From: Nitrospirota bacterium
Lineage (GTDB): Bacteria; Nitrospirota; 9FT-COMBO-42-15; HDB-SIOI813
Length of the DNA: 32,555 bases
NCBI GenBank assembly: GCA_016234155.1
Contig: JACRGZ010000013.1
Span: 1 to 32,555 of the forward strand
Reading direction: 5' to 3'
Under the pieces are notes generated by a model that was not told the origin of the DNA, did no database searches, and saw nothing but the letters and a program-made list of their open reading frames with translations. Made by a program: the position numbers and the translations under genes. Numbering within the stretch: position 1 is the first letter of the stretch; each line of letters opens with the position of its first letter. Positions 30,536 through 32,555 of this stretch are shown piece after piece.

Positions 30536-31201
30536 ATGAGTATGCCGGGGTTAAAAAAAGGGAGTGGCATAAGCCCTCGTGTAAGCGAGGGGCTCCTTTT
30601 TGTTGTTTCTGCACCGTCCGGGGCAGGTAAGACATCATTATGCAAAGAGGTTATAAAGTACATACCAAATATCCAGCACTCTGTGTCCTATACAACAAGG
30701 TCTTCACGTCCGTCAGAAACAGACGGTACTGATTATCACTTTATCACAGAAGGCACATTCAGGAAGATGATAGAGGATGATGCCTTTATAGAATGGGCTA
30801 TTGTGCATGGCAACTATTACGGGACTTCAAAAAAAGATTTGGGGGTATTATTAAGCCGCGGCATTGATATAATATTGGATATCGACTCTCAGGGCGCCAT
30901 GCAGATAAAAAAGAGGTTTAAAAACGGTGTGTTTTGTTATGTATTGCCCCCTTCTTTTGAACACCTTATAGAGAGACTGACTGTAAGAAAAGGCGATACC
31001 CCGAAGGAGATTAAGAGGAGACTGAAGGTGGCCAGAGAGGAGGTAAAAGATTACAGGATGTATGATTACCTTATTGTGAATGATGATTTTGACAGGGCGC
31101 TGGGAGAACTTAAGGCCATTATTACATCTGCAAGGATAAAGATGGACAGGATAAACCCTGCATGGGTTGAGTATAACTTCTTTGAACGGAGAGGGGGGTA
31201 A
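30536..31201 (+). CDS. gmk: Guanylate kinase
   Basis: LFVVSAPSGAGKTSL P-loop, SVSYTTR, and DGTDYHF. The track start TTG 30509 looks too long at the N-terminus, so ATG 30536 (or 30542) is preferred. Confidence 0.85.
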   Translation: MSMPGLKKGSGISPRVSEGLLFVVSAPSGAGKTSLCKEVIKYIPNIQHSVSYTTRSSRPSETDGTDYHFITEGTFRKMIEDDAFIEWAIVHGNYYGTSKKDLGVLLSRGIDIILDIDSQGAMQIKKRFKNGVFCYVLPPSFEHLIERLTVRKGDTPKEIKRRLKVAREEVKDYRMYDYLIVNDDFDRALGELKAIITSARIKMDRINPAWVEYNFFERRGG

Positions 31202-31205
31202 ATAG

Positions 31206-31574
31206 TTGGATATAGTATCACTACCGATTGTATTTGATAAGGGGAGATTAGACAGCAGGTTCCGATTAGTTGTCCTTGCTACTGAAAGGGCACGGCAACT
31301 CATGAGCGGGGCAAAACCTGGTATTTCTACAAGGTATATAAAGGCCTCCACTATTAGCCTTGAAGAGCTTGCATCGTGTGAGTTTGAATATGTTACAGGT
31401 AAAGATGCACGTAAGGCGATACAGGAGACGATAGCTAAGAAAGAACTGGGGGGTATGGGTGTTGCCGGAGAAGTTGTAGAAGAGGATGAGACAAAGAAAG
31501 AGATAGAAAAGGACCTTGGTGTTTATATACCGGAGGCCGGGAGTGGGACAGGGGCTGGAGGAGGGGAGGAGTAA
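31206..31574 (+). CDS. rpoZ: DNA-directed RNA polymerase subunit omega
   Basis: SRFRLVVLATERARQL core motif, position after gmk, and a TTG start. The acidic, Gly-rich C-terminal tail ends in a TAA that is the first base triplet of repeat T1b. Confidence 0.8.
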   Translation: MDIVSLPIVFDKGRLDSRFRLVVLATERARQLMSGAKPGISTRYIKASTISLEELASCEFEYVTGKDARKAIQETIAKKELGGMGVAGEVVEEDETKKEIEKDLGVYIPEAGSGTGAGGGEE

Positions 31575-31711
31575 ATCCTAAACTCTAAATCCTAAATCCT
31601 AAACAATATCAAATGACCAAAATTCAAATGTTGAAAACGGCATAGAGTTTTGAATTTAGGTCATTTGGATTTCGAATTTGTTTAGGATTTAGATATTAGG
31701 ATTTAGGGTTT
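31572..31711 (+). repeat. T1 long imperfect hairpin, copy b
   Basis: AAATCCTAAACTCTAAATCCTAAATCCTAAACAATATCAAATGACCAAAATTCAAA ... GAATTTGTTTAGGATTTAGATATTAGGATTTAGGGTT. The rpoZ TAA is its first triplet. Confidence 0.85.
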
Positions 31712-31723
31712 GATTATTTTCGT

Positions 31724-32555
31724 ATGGTATTGTCAGGGAAAAAAATAATGCTTGGTGTTACTGGGAGTATAGCCGCCTATAAGTCTGTGTACCTATTGAG
31801 AAGGCTTGTTGAAGAGGGCGCTGATGTTACAGTTGTCATGACGCATGAGGCCGTCAGGTTTGTTGCCCCGCTGACCTTCCATGTATTATCACGAAAACCT
31901 GTCTGCATGGAGATGTTTGATTCCGGCCAGGCTGGAGAGATAATTCACCTATACCTTGGAAGGGATGCTGACATTGTTGTAGTGGCCCCTGCAACCGCAA
32001 ATATTATAGGTAAGATGGCTAACGGCATAGCTGATGACCTGCTCAGCACAATTCTTGTAGCACGCAGGCGCCCTGTAATAATGGCCCCTGCAATGGACCC
32101 TGAGATGTATGAAAATAGAGTGGTGCAGAAGAACATATCATACCTGCGCCAATTAGACGTTGATTTCATAGGGCCTGTAACCGGCCCCCTTGCCTCAGGC
32201 GCTGAAGGGCCTGGACGAATGTCAGAACCTGAAGATATTCTGGCGTTTATTGAAAACAGGCTTAAAGACAGAATAGACCCAGAATATCTTCCGGAATATC
32301 TTATGGAAGGATACGTGGTATTGGTGACAGCCGGCCCTACGAGGGAGGCAATAGACCCTGTCCGTTATATCAGTAACCGTTCATCGGGCAAGATGGGCTA
32401 TGCTGTCGCTGAGACCGCTAAAAGACGCGGCGCCAGGGTAATACTAATCAGTGGTCCTGTTTCTCTTACCTCTCCATCAGGTGTAGAGTGCATAAAGGTG
32501 ACGACAGCGGAGGAGATGTTCAATAGTGTGATAAACAGGTTTGGAGAGTCTGATG
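31724..32555 (+). CDS. coaBC: Bifunctional phosphopantothenoylcysteine decarboxylase / phosphopantothenate-cysteine ligase (partial, runs off the window)
   Basis: Not in the track because it has no stop in the window. Manual translation gives MVLSGKKIMLGVTGSIAAYKSVYLLRRL..., PATANIIGKMANGIADDLLST, and ISNRSSGKMGYAVAE, colinear with Dfp. Confidence 0.9.
   Translation, partial: MVLSGKKIMLGVTGSIAAYKSVYLLRRLVEEGADVTVVMTHEAVRFVAPLTFHVLSRKPVCMEMFDSGQAGEIIHLYLGRDADIVVVAPATANIIGKMANGIADDLLSTILVARRRPVIMAPAMDPEMYENRVVQKNISYLRQLDVDFIGPVTGPLASGAEGPGRMSEPEDILAFIENRLKDRIDPEYLPEYLMEGYVVLVTAGPTREAIDPVRYISNRSSGKMGYAVAETAKRRGARVILISGPVSLTSPSGVECIKVTTAEEMFNSVINRFGESD

Noticed and set aside
9007-31711. Whether the tandem 7- and 8-mer arrays (T1, T2, T3, heptamers) could be CRISPR arrays
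   Set aside because: The units are 7-12 nt with no spacers, are organised as inverted arms of hairpins, and there are no cas genes. They are not CRISPR.

Overview
This 32.5-kb window is a chromosomal housekeeping region of a diderm bacterium, shown by the Lpt LPS-export genes and a PilQ secretin. I cannot assign a phylum by eye. All calls come from motif recognition in the translated ORFs and from manual repeat comparison; no searches were run.

There are about 30 CDS and almost no accessory genes. In order they are:
- a TPR/FG-GAP (CRTAC1-like) lipoprotein, partial, missing from the ORF track because it runs off the left edge
- a divergent FGGY/glycerol-kinase-like protein
- a PAS-GGDEF-EAL protein
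- lptG-lptF on the minus strand
- an FdhE-like zinc-ribbon protein
- a TCA block: an HMGL-family synthase fused to a Cache-like domain, then mdh and fumarate hydratase alpha and beta
- lptC-lptA-lptB-rpoN-rapZ-ubiX
- a small MerR-like gene coupled to pilMNOPQ
- aroC-aroK-aroB
- a GAF sigma-54 activator
- yicC-gmk-rpoZ-coaBC (coaBC partial, runs off the right edge)

I saw no rRNA, tRNA, CRISPR array, transposase or integrase.

The unusual content is non-genic. At least nine families of short structured repeats saturate the window.
1. M1 is a 151-bp MITE-like element with 17-bp terminal inverted repeats (TIRs) and 4-bp target-site duplications (TSDs). One copy separates lptA from its reconstructable ancestral start codon.
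2. G/C-run palindromic modules (R1-R4) combine in mosaics and sit in frame inside pilQ, the fdhE-like gene (twice) and the CRTAC1-like gene. They bring in G-quadruplex motifs and 7-9-nt homopolymer tracts.
3. Post-ORF hairpins (T1-T4, a heptamer array and a 12-mer array) are built from tandem 7-, 8- or 12-mers. Most carry stop codons in all three frames and supply the stop codon or last residues of several genes.
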